The notes below the pieces were generated by a model. It was not told where the DNA came from, searched no databases, and was given only the letters and a program-made list of their open reading frames with translations. A stretch of DNA of 64,000 nt from Amphiscolops sp. MND2022 (Eukaryota), in the NCBI GenBank assembly GCA_964187785.1, contig OZ076413.1:50532001-50596000 (forward strand), given 5' to 3'. The translations under genes and the position numbers were made by a program. Shown here piece by piece: positions 39,030-52,163 of the stretch. Each line of letters starts with the position of its first letter. Within the stretch, counting starts at the first letter, position 1.

Positions 39030-39900
39030 TCTTAGGCCTTCTACAAGGAGACAGAAAGCGTAAGCATGGAAGTCTAGAGAGATGTTGTACATGTTGTCTG
39101 ATTTTGATAACCTAGACATAAAGATAGGGAATGAAAACAATAACCCGATTGAGAGGGAATAAGCAAATATAATTGGGAAATCGACAGTCCAATATGACAT
39201 TGAGTCTAATCCACACCCAAGGGATAATTTCCTCCAAGTAGATGAAATTAGAAATTCTAACCATGGGAACAGTATTCCTAGACAACATGGAATTTTAGAA
39301 TCAACAGAAACTTTCAAATATGAGTTCAATTTGAGACTTTCCCCGGAAATGGATTCTATGATGTCGATGATGCATTCTCAGATCAACAGAGCACTAAAAT
39401 CTGCCATATATGACTGAGTAATTCCAGAAATACGCAATATTGTGAGTTCAATTTCTTCATCAGGAATGAGGGACACTGAGGCCAGTTCGTCCCCAAATAG
39501 TCAGGAGAATAGAGAAAAAAACGTGTTAAAAACAAACATTTCAAAGGACTCTAGGTCTGCGTGTGATCTAAGCAACACGGAGGACTTTGGTCCTTACAAT
39601 CATTGCTTCAAAACTGGACCACGGCGAAGAATCAACACAGAAGAGACAGAACCGCACCTTAGACAGGTTCAAATTTTTCTCCCGAAAACAGCTAGAGTTG
39701 GAGAAACGCTATATCAGATTTGGGTAATTTAACTAGTCTAGCAGCACCGTCTGACTTTTTTTGAAGAACAAACAGTAACTCTAATCAGGGACAGGTTTCT
39801 TCTTCAGAAGAAGAAATTCACCATTCAAAAAAGGATATTTACTGAACCACAGGAAAACCCTGAAAAGGTTCAATGCTTCACAATGAATCACATGGAAAAC
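39030..39900 (+). pseudogene. Degenerate retroelement gag-like N-terminal remnant (related to 49380-49950)
   Basis: Reading across stops gives KSREM..MLSDFDNLDIKIG...MMHSQINRAL..VIPEIRNIV, similar in pattern to the minus-strand remnant at 49380-49950. Confidence 0.3.
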
Positions 39901-41235
39901 AAAACTCCTATAGCAAATTCACATCTGTGGCATTCTTGGGAGACGATAAATTCCTTCAATGATGAAGAAGCTGGAAAGTACAAAGATTAATCACCTTCCA
40001 AGCCATTGCAATTCAAAGTTCCGTTTTTTTCTTGTTATGGATGAAGAATTAGGCAATATTCTTGCAAGAAATGTATGGGAGCTCGACTGGGGTTATGACA
40101 ACACTGTTCGCGATAGTGAGTTGACTACAAGTGCCAGGGTATCGTGGCTTCGTCTGCACCGAGATAGGTGACGGTATCAAAGATTACCCACAACGTTCAG
40201 TTGCCAATAAGAACTTGAAAGTTATCCATATTCAGTAACCGGTTGGAAAGCCACCTCATGTAACTGAGTGTTACTAAGAAACTTCATTAGACTTTGCAGG
40301 CCGATTCAAAGCAAGCACTCGGAAAAAACTAAAAGTTTTGATTTGTGAACACACGAGATTGTTTGAATCGGCTAGGAGCAATGTTTGAAAAGGACTGGGC
40401 ATAGAAGAGGTCATTGCAAGTACATAGAATTCAAGTACTCTATTGCACATAACGACATTCCGATTAGCATATGACAAGACTCATGTGCGGTGTTTAGAAG
40501 TAAAGAAAGTCAACAGTTTTGTTCCAAAAGGTTCATTGGACACCTAGATTGTCCAACAGAAGACACCATAGGTAAATATAAAGTAGAAAGGTCGTTGCAA
40601 ACTGATAGGGAATTTATTTTGAATGTTTTGGTCCAGGATGAGTCTGGTATTTTGAAGTTCTGCTCGCCTGATGAATGAATCCATCAAGTACTACAACATC
40701 ACTATTCAATCGTCTTAATAGGAGCTATCCAAATACGATCAAGAGATTAGTAACGAGTTCTGATGGGTCGATTTCAAAAACTCCCACAATGTACTTCCTG
40801 AATAAATATCAAGATTTGAGAACATTCTGGGATTCTTGTCCCAAAGAGAGTCTGCGGAACAAAGCTGAATGATTTTGCTTAATAGAAGGGCACACTATAT
40901 TAAGAGTCACAGCATTCATTGACATTTCAAAAAAATCAGTGATCTCCAGAAGACATAATGCGTCTGTAGTGCCTTGCTGTTCACCAAAGGCAAACAAGCG
41001 TCAACTGACGCAAGTACAGGAATTGGCAGATGACGTGCAATCGGCTGACAATCACAAGAGATGCAACTCGTGAAATGCCGCTAACCCTCTCTTACATGCC
41101 AACTTCGCCGGCATTTAGGAGATGATGGCCATATGAACTCTTCGAAGAAAAAGCGACCAAGGATATGGAAAAAGCTGGGTGGTGTGGCATAGCTCATGCT
41201 CTTGAACGATAAAGAAACTTAGCCCGAGTTTTAAT

Positions 41236-41629
41236 TATTTTCCGACCCACATTTTCAATGGAAAATCATCATCTGTGTTGCGTTTTTTTCCAAATTTTGC
41301 CAAAATTCCACTTTGTACTATTCCACTTCCCCACTCAGTCTCCCTACTCAGCCATACTGATACTATAATGTATATATCCTGTACTATCCAGCTATACTAT
41401 ACTGATAGCCTAGTACGATGGAATAATATCTAAAGTAAAAATGGGAAGATCTAAAGGGAATAAGATCTACAATTTCAGGGCGGGAATAAGATCTAAAGGG
41501 AATAAGATCTAAAATCACTAAATTTTAGATCTTATTCTTTAGATCCTATTCCCCTCCCAAAATAGCTATGGCTCGTTGGTGAAGGCGAAAAGGGAGGAAA
41601 ATATCCTGGTGCTTAGTGGGCGTCTTGTT
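41236..41629 (+). mobile_element. Short HINE-like family 2 element containing an AAGATCT inverted-repeat cluster
   Basis: 5' TATTTTCCGACCC...GGAAAAT; 3' GGAGGAAAATATCCTGGTGCTTAGTGGGCGTCTTGTTT; internal TACTA microrepeat and GGGAATAAGATCTAAA / TTTAGATCTTATTC. Confidence 0.55.
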
Positions 41630-42339
41630 TACGTTCAAGAGTTGTTAGTAAACAACCCATTTTTAGTTGTCGGTTTCTTTTCACCATATTGTCTTTGTTA
41701 AATACAGTTGCTATTGAAATCTTCACCTTCTTCTTCCAAAGGTTCTGAGACTATAGGCAATTGCAGGCACCTTTCGGAAAACGTTGAAATGTGTCCACAA
41801 ATGAATATGTTGCCGGACTCCTTTCAGGGTATTTCAATTCTGTGGCAAAGCCTCTATCATTTGGTTATAAAATTGAAACAGGGCAAAAAATCTCCATTGA
41901 GGGGATAATAATAAATTTTTTCTTTCATGGAAGCAATGCTAGAGAATAAAAATACAACGAAATTCAAGTTCTTCACTAGTTTTTCACTCAAGACGAGCTA
42001 GTACAGATGCTTTAAAAACGTTTAATTTGATGGTTTTATAATATGTGTGGTAGATGTCAACAGATAGATTCTGAGCTTAAAACCCTTTTTGCAATACTTT
42101 TGGGCTATCGCGTTGTTTACTTCTAACAAAACATTCTTGGAAGGCTCAAAATGGTCAACTCATTCATGTTTAAATGTATTCATAATATTTCTTCAAACTT
42201 ATGAAATACTTGTCAATGGCTCAATTAAAATGGCGGTTTTGATTTTTGGACTTTCCTTCGAACTATAAGGTCAATTTTCAATCATAGATTTTGATTCTCA
42301 AGATTCGACTGTGATATAACTAACTAAGCACAAAAAATA

Positions 42340-43581
42340 ATGCCTTTTACATTATTCTGGCTTCTTTGGCTGATTCAAGCAGAGCTAGTATTCTCTTTAA
42401 GAAGCAGAAACGAAAACACTGAAGATCCACGTGAACTAGTTTATCGTGAAGCCAAACCAGCAAACTATTGGGGATCATATCAAGCGTATCCTTCAGAATT
42501 GAAATATGTGAACGATAAATATTTCCCGAAACCTTTTCAGAAATATTTAGACAGTGGGGAGGCTGAAACCGAATGCAAAGTAGACACAGCTGAAGTGATT
42601 CGAATTTATAGGAACTATTGGTCTATAGAAAACAACAAATACCTTTTTTCTCTCTACTGCAAGTCCATTGGGGCAGAAGAGCATGCACTGATAACGGAGG
42701 ATCGGGAGACCCGAGAAGTTAATGTTACCGAGGTTCATAAAAGCTTGAAAAACTTTGGGTTTGATATCGATCAGACGAAGACGTACAAAGCAGAGATACC
42801 CGAAGAAGAAGGTAGAGAACTTACTAAGAATTTGTTGCTATATTTAGAAATCAGAGAAGCTTTGGATGACGAAAACAGGGAAACCAAGAACCGGACATGC
42901 CCCAATTATGGCTTAGAAACATATTATGACCTCAAAACTAAAGTCGAAAATGCCTTAACCTATTACAGATTCCCAATCAGTTGCAAAGTTCACCCCAGGT
43001 CATACTTCTCAACCCATATGACTTATATTGAAGTGGTACAGGACAAATCTGAACAGGCCAAATACTACGGAGGGGATCCGATAGTTGCGGTAATTGAGTA
43101 CCATGTACCAAACTCGAAGTACCTGACACTCAAAGCTAATGAACTGGAGCAAGAAGCTAATCGGTTGCATGATGAAGCCGACGTTCAGCAATTTCTGAAA
43201 GCCGATCTTGAGAGACGTGCGAGTATCCTTTTCACAGATGCCGAAAGGTTCAAAGATCTCCAATCATGGACTAAAGGAAATGCTACGCTAGAATATCAAA
43301 AAGCCGACGAGCTGGAACAAGAAGCCGATCGGTTAGAATATGGTCATAAAGATATCGTAGGTGATTATAGAGACAAAGCGAAAGAAATCAGAAGTTATGC
43401 AGAAGAAAATGAAAAGAAATCGAATGAGTACGAATCGAGATATCTCGAATCCGTGACGGAGGCTCAGAAACTCACCGATGAAGCAAAAGTAGCGGGCACT
43501 AAACATGAAGATCTGAAATGGCAAGCAATACATGCAGAACGCTATGCAGCTGAATATCGACACGATTTATCGCTCTTATGA
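42340..43581 (+). CDS. Intronless secreted protein of unknown function (413 aa) with C-terminal coiled coil
   Basis: Longest ATG-initiated ORF in the window, uninterrupted in TE-decayed surroundings; signal-peptide-like MPFTLFWLLWLIQAELVFS; A-rich start context; AATAAA at ~43830; repeated KANELEQEANRL / KADELEQEADRL. Confidence 0.8.
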   Translation: MPFTLFWLLWLIQAELVFSLRSRNENTEDPRELVYREAKPANYWGSYQAYPSELKYVNDKYFPKPFQKYLDSGEAETECKVDTAEVIRIYRNYWSIENNKYLFSLYCKSIGAEEHALITEDRETREVNVTEVHKSLKNFGFDIDQTKTYKAEIPEEEGRELTKNLLLYLEIREALDDENRETKNRTCPNYGLETYYDLKTKVENALTYYRFPISCKVHPRSYFSTHMTYIEVVQDKSEQAKYYGGDPIVAVIEYHVPNSKYLTLKANELEQEANRLHDEADVQQFLKADLERRASILFTDAERFKDLQSWTKGNATLEYQKADELEQEADRLEYGHKDIVGDYRDKAKEIRSYAEENEKKSNEYESRYLESVTEAQKLTDEAKVAGTKHEDLKWQAIHAERYAAEYRHDLSLL

Positions 43582-44286
43582 ACTCATCGTGATTTTTTGT
43601 CCATGTCATTAGTTTTGTTTAGTGCATATATGTTTAACCTTTCGGGATTTTGGTCCTACTTCTTTTTCAAAGCACAGGATAAGCACCACTCGATGAATTT
43701 GACATCCAAAGTTGAAAAAATGATCCCATAATAGGTGTGATTTTGAGTGTATTTAGCAGAAAGTTTGTTTGAAGTGCTCCTATAACCATTCTAGCCTAGA
43801 GATTCGAAAATATCTGAGGCACTATAATGAATAAAAACTCATAAACTAGCTTCTCCATGACAATGGTTAACTACCGGCCTTCGATGCCCTTTTTGTTTTT
43901 CCCTAATTGTACTGACCAAAAAAATGTAACGTAGCATTTCATCCTTCCTGGTTAGTTCTCGACAACAAATCACCACTGGCAACATTCCTTTGGACCTCGA
44001 AAAAACCTATGGTTCAGCGAACCATTTCATCTGTAGGTTTACTCAACATCGAGAGGATCCTCAGGTCCCTCTGATACATTTTGTCCAACATAAGTCTGAA
44101 CTAATATATGAATGAAATTACTGGGTGTTACTTTCACTGGGTGTTACACTCTGCGTGTTACTTTCATGCCTTCATCGGGCTGACTTCCTCGGGGAGCAAT
44201 GATATAACGTCCTTCTTTATGATTTTTGGAAATTCTTCTTGCGGGGTCTCGTGTTAAATCCTGTAGCAAAATTGATCGATCCAATA

Positions 44287-47200
44287 AACAAGACGCCCGC
44301 TGAGCAGCGAGATATTTCCGCCCCGAACTGTTCTACAACTACTTAAATTTGAGGCTCAAGAATAGCCAATGCACTATGAAAAAGAGTTCGAAGAAAAAAG
44401 CTTTGTTTCATCTTAGTCCATTTTTAAAGTCAACACCTATTTTATTTTTTCTGCAATAGCTGCCCACTTTTTGTATTTTCGGCACTATGCGACTTACCGC
44501 GTGAAGAGAAACTTTTCGAAGACACTTTTCAAAAAAATTTCCACAAATTTTAGTTTTTAAGGTTCTCTGTAAAGGAAACAAGTTTCCCGAGTCTTGAGGG
44601 TGACCTCTTTGTTACTTTTGATACTGTGGAACTGATGAGTTTTCTTGATGATTGTGGAAAATGCCTCTCTTCATTTTTGTTTTTGGGTCAATACCAGGTT
44701 TTTTCTACGTTGGAACTGCAAAAACATTTTCTCTTTGAAGTTTTACTCCATATCTAGTGATTTTACTTGCACCTTTTTGAATAATGATTATTTCACAAAA
44801 AAAGGTCGAAAACGAATTTTACGTTTTCAAATAAAGTTTTTGAAATTTGTGCACAAAAACTTGTCTGATATCTTTTCGAAACACTACCGGCAGCTACACA
44901 TTTCAGTCCTGAGCCTATGGGTTTTCTTATTGAAGTAAAGTTTCGGAAAGGTTCCAAAATTGTCATTTGGTTGTCGAAAATCGAGAAAATTCGGAAATTC
45001 TGACACCTTTGTTGAAAACTCGAAGAACTTCATCGTACTTTCTTTCCCAAATTGCGTTCTGAATACTTATTGTTTCAGCGTTCAGGTAAATGGAATTTCT
45101 ATTCCAGAAAATTTCCGTGGTTTGAACAAAAAGTTCGATTGATTTGTCAACAAACGTGCTTTTTTGTCGTTTGTTTGACTTTCGGGTGTTTTTGGGGCCA
45201 ATTCCATAAACATTGCAATTATATCTTCAAAAATGCCTACTGGATAACGGGATTAGTCATTACTGAGTTTTGCAAACCTCTTTATGCGAGGAAGTAGCTT
45301 AAAAGTTGTACAAAAAAGCATAAAATGTTTAAAAAATTGAAAAATCTCAATTTCTTCATTATTTCGGTCATTGTCATTCTGAGGAGACTTTCTGCCATAA
45401 AATATGCAAACCTCCTCTTCACAAAACGTGCTGTGTACCTTTTATTATTTCGAACTTTTACAAACTTTTGTCTTTATAATTTTCCTATGTCAAAATTTTT
45501 TAGTCTCAAATAAAAAGTCACTGGAAATGTCAGAAAGAGGCAAAATTTCGACTTTTTACGGTCAATTTTGACCATTTTCCAGCCGAAGTCTGCAAACTTT
45601 TCCTCAAAGGCCCATTGGATTATGACTTTATTCATTGTTGAACGTTTGCCAACATCCTGACTCCAAAACGATTCAAAAAGTACATCTAAGTTGCATAAAA
45701 AAGTGTAGATGTTGAGTTTTTTCGATTTTTCGACTCATTTGGAGTCATTCTGGAGTGTTTTTGGAGCAAAACGCTGCGACGTACTCTTCAAATAATGTAC
45801 TGCATAGTTTTCGTTCTGTCGTTTTTACTGTGTTAGAACTTATAACGAAAGCTCTCGGAAATTGTACAGAAATTGGATCAGAACAACAAAAATTTTAAAT
45901 TTATCGACATTTTCTGAGTCAATTTGGGGCAGTTTCTATTACAGATTCTATTTATCTCTCTACGAGAGCTCATTGAAACGAGGAGTCCATCCATTGCTTA
46001 GGGCTTTTAAAATTCTAGTCCACGAAGTCTATCGGTACTTTGAAAAACCTGCTTAAAAACATTGAAAATTTGAAAATTTTGGGTTTTTTGTCTATTTCAG
46101 TGCAAATTTGAGAAAATTTTCAACATGAAAACCGCAATTACATCTTGAAGAAAACACTACTGCATAACAAACTCTAACTTTGATGACCGTTTCTAACATT
46201 CCAATACGCGAAGTCTGTCGAAATTTTGACAATAATTGCATGAAATTTTTGAAAAGTGGAAAATTTCGGGTTTTTTGTCAAATTCGGTGCCAATTTGAGT
46301 TTTTTTTCAACTTGAGAACTGCAATTAACTCTTCGGAAAAGCCTACTGGACAACAAATTTGTTCCTTGTTGACCCTTTTCAACTTTCCAATCCACGAAGT
46401 CTGTCATAAATTTGACAAAAACTGCATAAAAGTTTTGAAAGTTTGAAAATTTGGGTTTTTTGTCTACTTCGTTGCCAATTTGAGATTTTGAAACTTAAAA
46501 ACCGCAGTTATCTCTTCATAAGAGACTACTGCATAACAAATTGTTACTTTGATGACCGTTTTCAACATACCAACCAGCGAAGTCTGTCGAAATTTCGACA
46601 ACAATGGCATAAAAACTTTGAAAATTGGAAAATTTTGGGTGTTTTTGTTAAATTCGGTGGCAATTTGAGATTTTTTCAACTTGAAAACCTCAATTAACTC
46701 TTTGAAAAAGGCTGCTGGACAACAGACTTGTTCCTTGTTGACACTTTCTAACTTTCCAATCCACGAAGTCTGTCAAAAATTTGACAAAAACTTCATGAAA
46801 ATTTTGAAAATTTGAAAAGTTTGGGTTTTTTGTCTATTTTGGTGCCAGTTTGAGATTTTTTCAACTTGAAAACCGCAATTATATCTTCAAAAAAAGACTA
46901 CTGGACAACAAATTCGTTCCTTGTTGACCCTTTTCAATATTCCAATCTACGAAGTCTGTCGAAATTTTGACAAAAATTGCATAGAAACTTTGAAAATTGG
47001 AAAATTTTGGGCTTTTTGTCATTTTCGGTTTTAATTTGATATATTTTTCATTTATGAAACAGCGATTATCTCTTCGGAAAAGCCTACTGGACAACGAATT
47101 CCTGCCATGTTGAGCGTTTTCAACTTTCTAATCCACAAAGTCTATCGAAAATTTAACAAAAATTGAACAAAAACGTTAAAAATTGAAAAATTATGGAAAT

Positions 47201-47585
47201 TTTGTCATCTTTGGGGTAATTTTTCTTTTGAAAAACCGCCTTTATATTTTCATAGAATACTATTGGACAACTATCTGGTGGCTTTTTGAAAGTTTTCAAC
47301 ATTCTAATCCACGAGGTTTATCGAAAAAAGGACAAAAATTGCATGAAAACGTTGAAAATTGGAAAATTTTTGAATTTTTGTTGTTTTCGGGGTCATTTTC
47401 GTCATTCCCAAAAAAGTCCAAAAATTTTTACAAATACATATCGCACGAAGCTAAATTTACGTGAGTTGATTATATGGGTAACGCCCTTTAAGGTGAATAT
47501 AAATTTCGTTCTTGGTAAATTTTGTAAAAAAAAAACGTTTGATTTATATATTTTCCTTTCCCATATGAAATATGGGCGGAATATA
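44287..47585 (-). mobile_element. Complete long HINE-like family 2 element, inverted relative to 35384-38818
   Basis: AACAAGACGCCCGCTGAGCAGCGAGATATTTCCGCC at the left end and TTTCCCATATGAAATATGGGCGGAATATA at the right end; collinear reverse homology with 35384-38818. Confidence 0.7.
46100..47400. repeat. ~185-bp diverged tandem subrepeat array (~7 units)
   Basis: AAACCGCAATTA.CTCTT...CTACTGGACAACAAA recurs at ~46129, 46317, 46500, 46685, 46870, 47057 and 47233. Confidence 0.8.
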
Positions 47586-49379
47586 AAAAAGACCGAACCT
47601 ATTCTTTGCAGCACGAGCTGAGTGATCGTACTTGAAAAATTATTGAATGCAGTTTGGCGACTTGAGTTCTGCAAAGTGCTTTCGTGTGATAATGAGTGTG
47701 CTTTAATCTTCTTTTGCCCACAAAAAAACCGATTGCCAAAAAGGCTACAAAACTCATACATGAAAACTTCTTTGGGTTTGGTGGCACTTCGAAAAAGAAC
47801 TGACTCGGCAACCAAATTCAAAAGGGAAAATGTCAAGATTGTCGAAAGCCTGACATGCGACCGCTGCGACAACTGTAGAGTCCGATTCTTCGTTTTCTCG
47901 ATAAATTCAAAATTTTTGGTGTCAGTGGGTTTTTATTTTTTCTCCAACAAAATGCCGAAACCACTAGACTTGACTGAGTACTCTGGCAAAAACTTTCCCT
48001 TCTTCTAAAGGTTATTACCACTAGACCAAGGGAAAGTGTTGCGAATGTTTGAACCCAGTAACTGGGGCTGCGATCCTGAGTTGCGTGAGTTCGAATACCG
48101 CTTTCGACAAAACGTCTTTTACAAAAGTAAAAATCCAAATAGACCCCCTTTGAGCTTTTTGGTACCGTTCTTTTAAAGAAGAGTTAGATAAAACTGAGTT
48201 GGCCTAAGATCTAAATGGCCTAGATTTCACTTGGCCTAAGATCTAAATGCAGCTAATAGAGCCAGAAGGGTCCTATTGATTCGTTTAAATTCGATAAAAG
48301 TCTGAACAAAACCGATAGGGTTCCGACTGGGAATTTTTCGTAATTGTGAGATATTTCAAACTAAAATTGAAAAAATATGGCTTGCGAGTGTATAAAATCG
48401 CATGTGACTCCAGCCGCAGCGGACACACCTACTTGTTTCGTTCCCTCTTGTTTATTGGCTTTTTTTGTAAATAAAGTTTCAATTAGAGTTCGGATATACA
48501 CAAGATATCCAAGTTGCAGAAAATTACAGCTCACTGGAAATACGATTGCCGTCTTAGTTTTGGCTTGTATGGGTTATCTTCATTTTCCATTTCTCGTTTT
48601 CGTTTTCGATTGGTTTTAACATTATTTCGAAGCATCCAACTATGTCAAATATCTACGCCTTTTCTCCTTGTTATCCATTATTTTGACATCATCATTGATA
48701 ATATTTCGGCAAACATAGCATTGGTTCGAACAGTTGTCAAGTCGTATGATTCAATAGCACTCCCAAATGCTGATAAATATTGAATATTATCCAAGTTATT
48801 CTTTCGTCTGATATCTACTCCAACTTTTGTCATACAGTCACGAACATCATTGCGAATTTTTGCCCAACTGTTCTAAGATTTTATGTTCCTCGTATAGCAA
48901 ATTGACTAGAAATTGCTGAGAATAAACTAAAGATTCACAAAAGACTTCACAGAAACTTTTGCTGACAGTGAAAATTTGTGGAAAATTCACAGGAGTAGTG
49001 TTTTTTGTGAAAAATTGCGATGGCTGGTGTATAATTATGGGACTCAAACTCGATGAAACAAGACGTTCGCCATTTCAATGATTTCAATTACCACATCAAT
49101 TCTCAGAAATCTACCTCTAAAGCAAAAAAAATAAATGTTCCAGTTTGTTTTTCTTCCAGCTTACGAAATAGTTATTCAATTTTCTTTTCCTTTCAACCAT
49201 TGTAATTTTCATTCAGTTTTCTTTTCCTTTCAACTAATGAATTTTTAGTTTCCATATTTTTCCTTCTAGTAAGCTCATTATTACTAATTGAATAATTTGT
49301 TTTTTTTTGGAATTGAAAGTTCTAGTTTTCTAAAAAGTTTATTTCTTATTGAGACAATTGAAGAGAAATGTCGATGCAG

Positions 49380-49950
49380 AAAATCGTTCATTGTCGTAAC
49401 CATCATCTCTCTCATGAGAGTCAGCTAAACTCTCTCTAGGGTGATTATTCCGGTTACTATTAGCTGAGAACAATTTGGGAAAATCCACACATGTTTTGCG
49501 GCTCAATTCGCCATTTTGGTTCGGCTAAGGTCCATCTGACCGAAGGTCCAATTTTGTATCAGAATCCGCACCATGCTCGTTCATTGCATTTTGGATGGTC
49601 GGTATCACCTTTTCCTCAATAACTGAGATAATTACTTCACGAATATGTGTGTTTAGGCCTATTTTGATTTCCTAGACATTTGGGAAGAGACTTCTGAATT
49701 GCTCTAGTTGTTTCAGCAGTGATTTCACTATTGAAGCAAGTATTAGTGTTCAAAAGTGACCTGAAAAACTCTCCAATTTGGATTTTATCTTTATGCGGTC
49801 TTCTTGACCCTAGGTCTACTTTAATTTCACTTCCAATTTCCTGTCTTTCAAAGCTCTTCTCGGGAAACTTTCCTAGCATTTTATCCATAATTTCAGTATC
49901 TTTCAAGACGTCAGATTGCCTTGAACGCTTCTCTTTCTAGATGAAGGCAT
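49380..49950 (-). pseudogene. Degenerate retroelement gag-like N-terminal remnant
   Basis: MPSSRKRKRSRQSDVLKDTEIMDKMLG...NSEITAETTRAI...IEEKVIPTIQNAM when read across a frameshift. Confidence 0.3.
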
Positions 49951-50102
49951 GACAGAGGTGGAATTCCTTTTCGAGAGTAAATTTCAAGTTATAGTGATTG
50001 TACGTCAACAGAGTGAACAAATGTTTCAAAGTTTGTGACAATCGTATAGTCCTTACTATATATAGAAACACCATGACACCAATTTAGGGTGTCAAAAACG
50101 TC

Positions 50103-50181
50103 TATATGGTATTAAATATATGGTATTAAAATATGGTATTAAAAATATATGGTATTAAATATATATGGTATTAAAATATAT
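50103..50181. repeat. Minisatellite (ATATGGTATTAAA)n, about 5 units
   Basis: Directly visible. Confidence 0.9.
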
Positions 50182-51704
50182 ACATTCAGACAACAAAACA
50201 TAAATGCTAGTAACTGGATACAGTACAGCACGTCAAACTGACTGCCTTAAAAGTTGATTGAGTACATTAAAGCACAAGTAGTGGATGTGCCGTCCGTTTG
50301 ACTGCAGTCTAATTATATGGTACAACGCGCTGTGATTGGTAAATTAAGTTGCTGACAACGCGTTAACTGGAGTGCATCATGGTACCAGTTGAACTCGTTT
50401 CCTTTATCACTGACAATAGCACAGTTTTTTTCCACAGTTTCGGCAACGTTTTAAACAGGATCTAAGTTCTAACAAAATGCAAATTTACACAAACCATACT
50501 AGTTCATGATTATCAACAATGTCTTCACAATATAATTTAAAAATACTTCTAAAAGTACATTAATTTTACAGTAGATTATTGTCATCAAAATGACGCTTGT
50601 TCCTGACTGATTTAAAATGGCAGAACGCCAGGAGGACGAGTTATCGACTTGGGGACTGATCTGATACCAGTTGCCGTAACAAGCAGCGGCTTGCGACAGA
50701 AATGTAATTAAAAAAGTATAGAAAGGTTTGAAAAAAAAGAAATCTTCAAACATATCTCCATATGTTCAAGAACGACGACACACAGTTTCATGATGGTATA
50801 GTCCGTTCGGTCTCATACAAAATCATTAGCTAATAATCTAATTAGCCTACCCTGAAAGTTTGATCCCTAGGGTAATCAATAATAGTTTTTTTTGAAACAT
50901 TGGATGAAACGTTACCATCGGCAATCGTGAAACTAATCACAAAACATGGTATGTCAATGAAACGTTTTTGATCATTGTGAGATATTCTATACCTTGGAAA
51001 GGTCTTGAAAAGACCTGTCCAATGGTAATATTGTTGAAAACGTTTAAATCAAATCAATTTTTTGTCCTGAAACACAATTTCTCATTTCGGTGCATAATAA
51101 CAGGTAAAAGAGGTAGCGGAAATTCAATTTTGTCTCTCGAAAATATATTTCGAAGTTTTTGATGAATTTGACAAAGATCATCGTTTTTCCGCTACATTTC
51201 GTCATGTCAAACAAAATAAAAAATTTACAAACATTTATACCACTAAACGTTATATATAAAGATCTGATATCAAATTTTTCCCCAGAGCTTCACATGAGTT
51301 TGTAGAAGAAATGGTCTATGTGGAAAGTTTTGTTTCGTCTGGAATAGAATATGAAAATTTTAAACGTACTTATGAGCTGAAACATCCTCAAGCTTAAGAT
51401 GTGGACAAACTTAGTATCATTGTACTCCAAAATCTGAACAAACAACAACTGAACAATTTTCAGCATGTGGAACGAAGTTGCGGGTGCTTCGGGTGAAAAA
51501 GATGAAGTAATTCTAGAGCGCGTCTGTTAAGTGCTGTCGTTCCCACGATGATCACCGAGGTGGTAGTTTTTGAATGAAACGTATGACAATGGCTCTACAA
51601 ATCGTCAATGCTGCAAGTGTTCTAGGATGTGACCGAACGAAATGAGTTTGCAGAAATTTTCCTTCATTTACTTATCCTTGTTGGGTTCATCGTGAGTTGA
51701 GTTT

Positions 51705-51990
51705 TCAGCCTGGGCGCGAAATTCTGCAAGAAACACACTTGCCGTAGTGGTAAACTTGTCGAAGAGAACGGACATCCTGATCTTTCCTGTACCAGAAGCA
51801 GAACAGACGGAAAGCGCCCAATTGTAATTTCCTGGGAGGAAGGCAAGCAATTAGTTTGGGATGATACTTGTGTCGATCTTCTCGCCCCCCGCAGAACAGA
51901 GAAGGGGTCTGTTGTCAACCCAGGCATAGCAGCGGAGGATGCAGAGGAATTGAAAACGGCTAAGTACAGTTGTTTGACTGACAAGGGGAT
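51705..51990 (+). mobile_element. 3' fragment (zinc knuckle plus restriction-like endonuclease) of the CRE-like element family
   Basis: 51705-51800 matches 63897-63990. It continues RTDGKRP..WEEGKQLVWDDTCVD...AAEDAEELKTAKY, the PD-(D/E)xK-type region typical of CRE-clade elements. Confidence 0.75.
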
Positions 51991-52163
51991 TGGATATGTC
52001 CCTCTTTCCGCCAGTGCCCCACGGCCCCTTGGGACCCCTTATGTTCCCATCTTGCTAAGCGAGCAGGCGTGCATACATCAGATATGCCCCACATTTCAGT
52101 TTGTAGGTCTTATTGTTTTAGACCTTAGGCGGTGGAGCTCTCGGGATCTTGTGTGAAGGATGC

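Noticed and set aside
46100..47400. CRISPR array
   Set aside because: Whole ~185-bp units are homologous with no unique spacers; eukaryotic context; no cas genes
44645..48783. Numerous 60-156 aa F/K/L-rich ORFs (also 17326-18980 and 34486-37509)
   Set aside because: Chance ORFs in AT-rich repeats and LTRs, overlapping on both strands with no motifs
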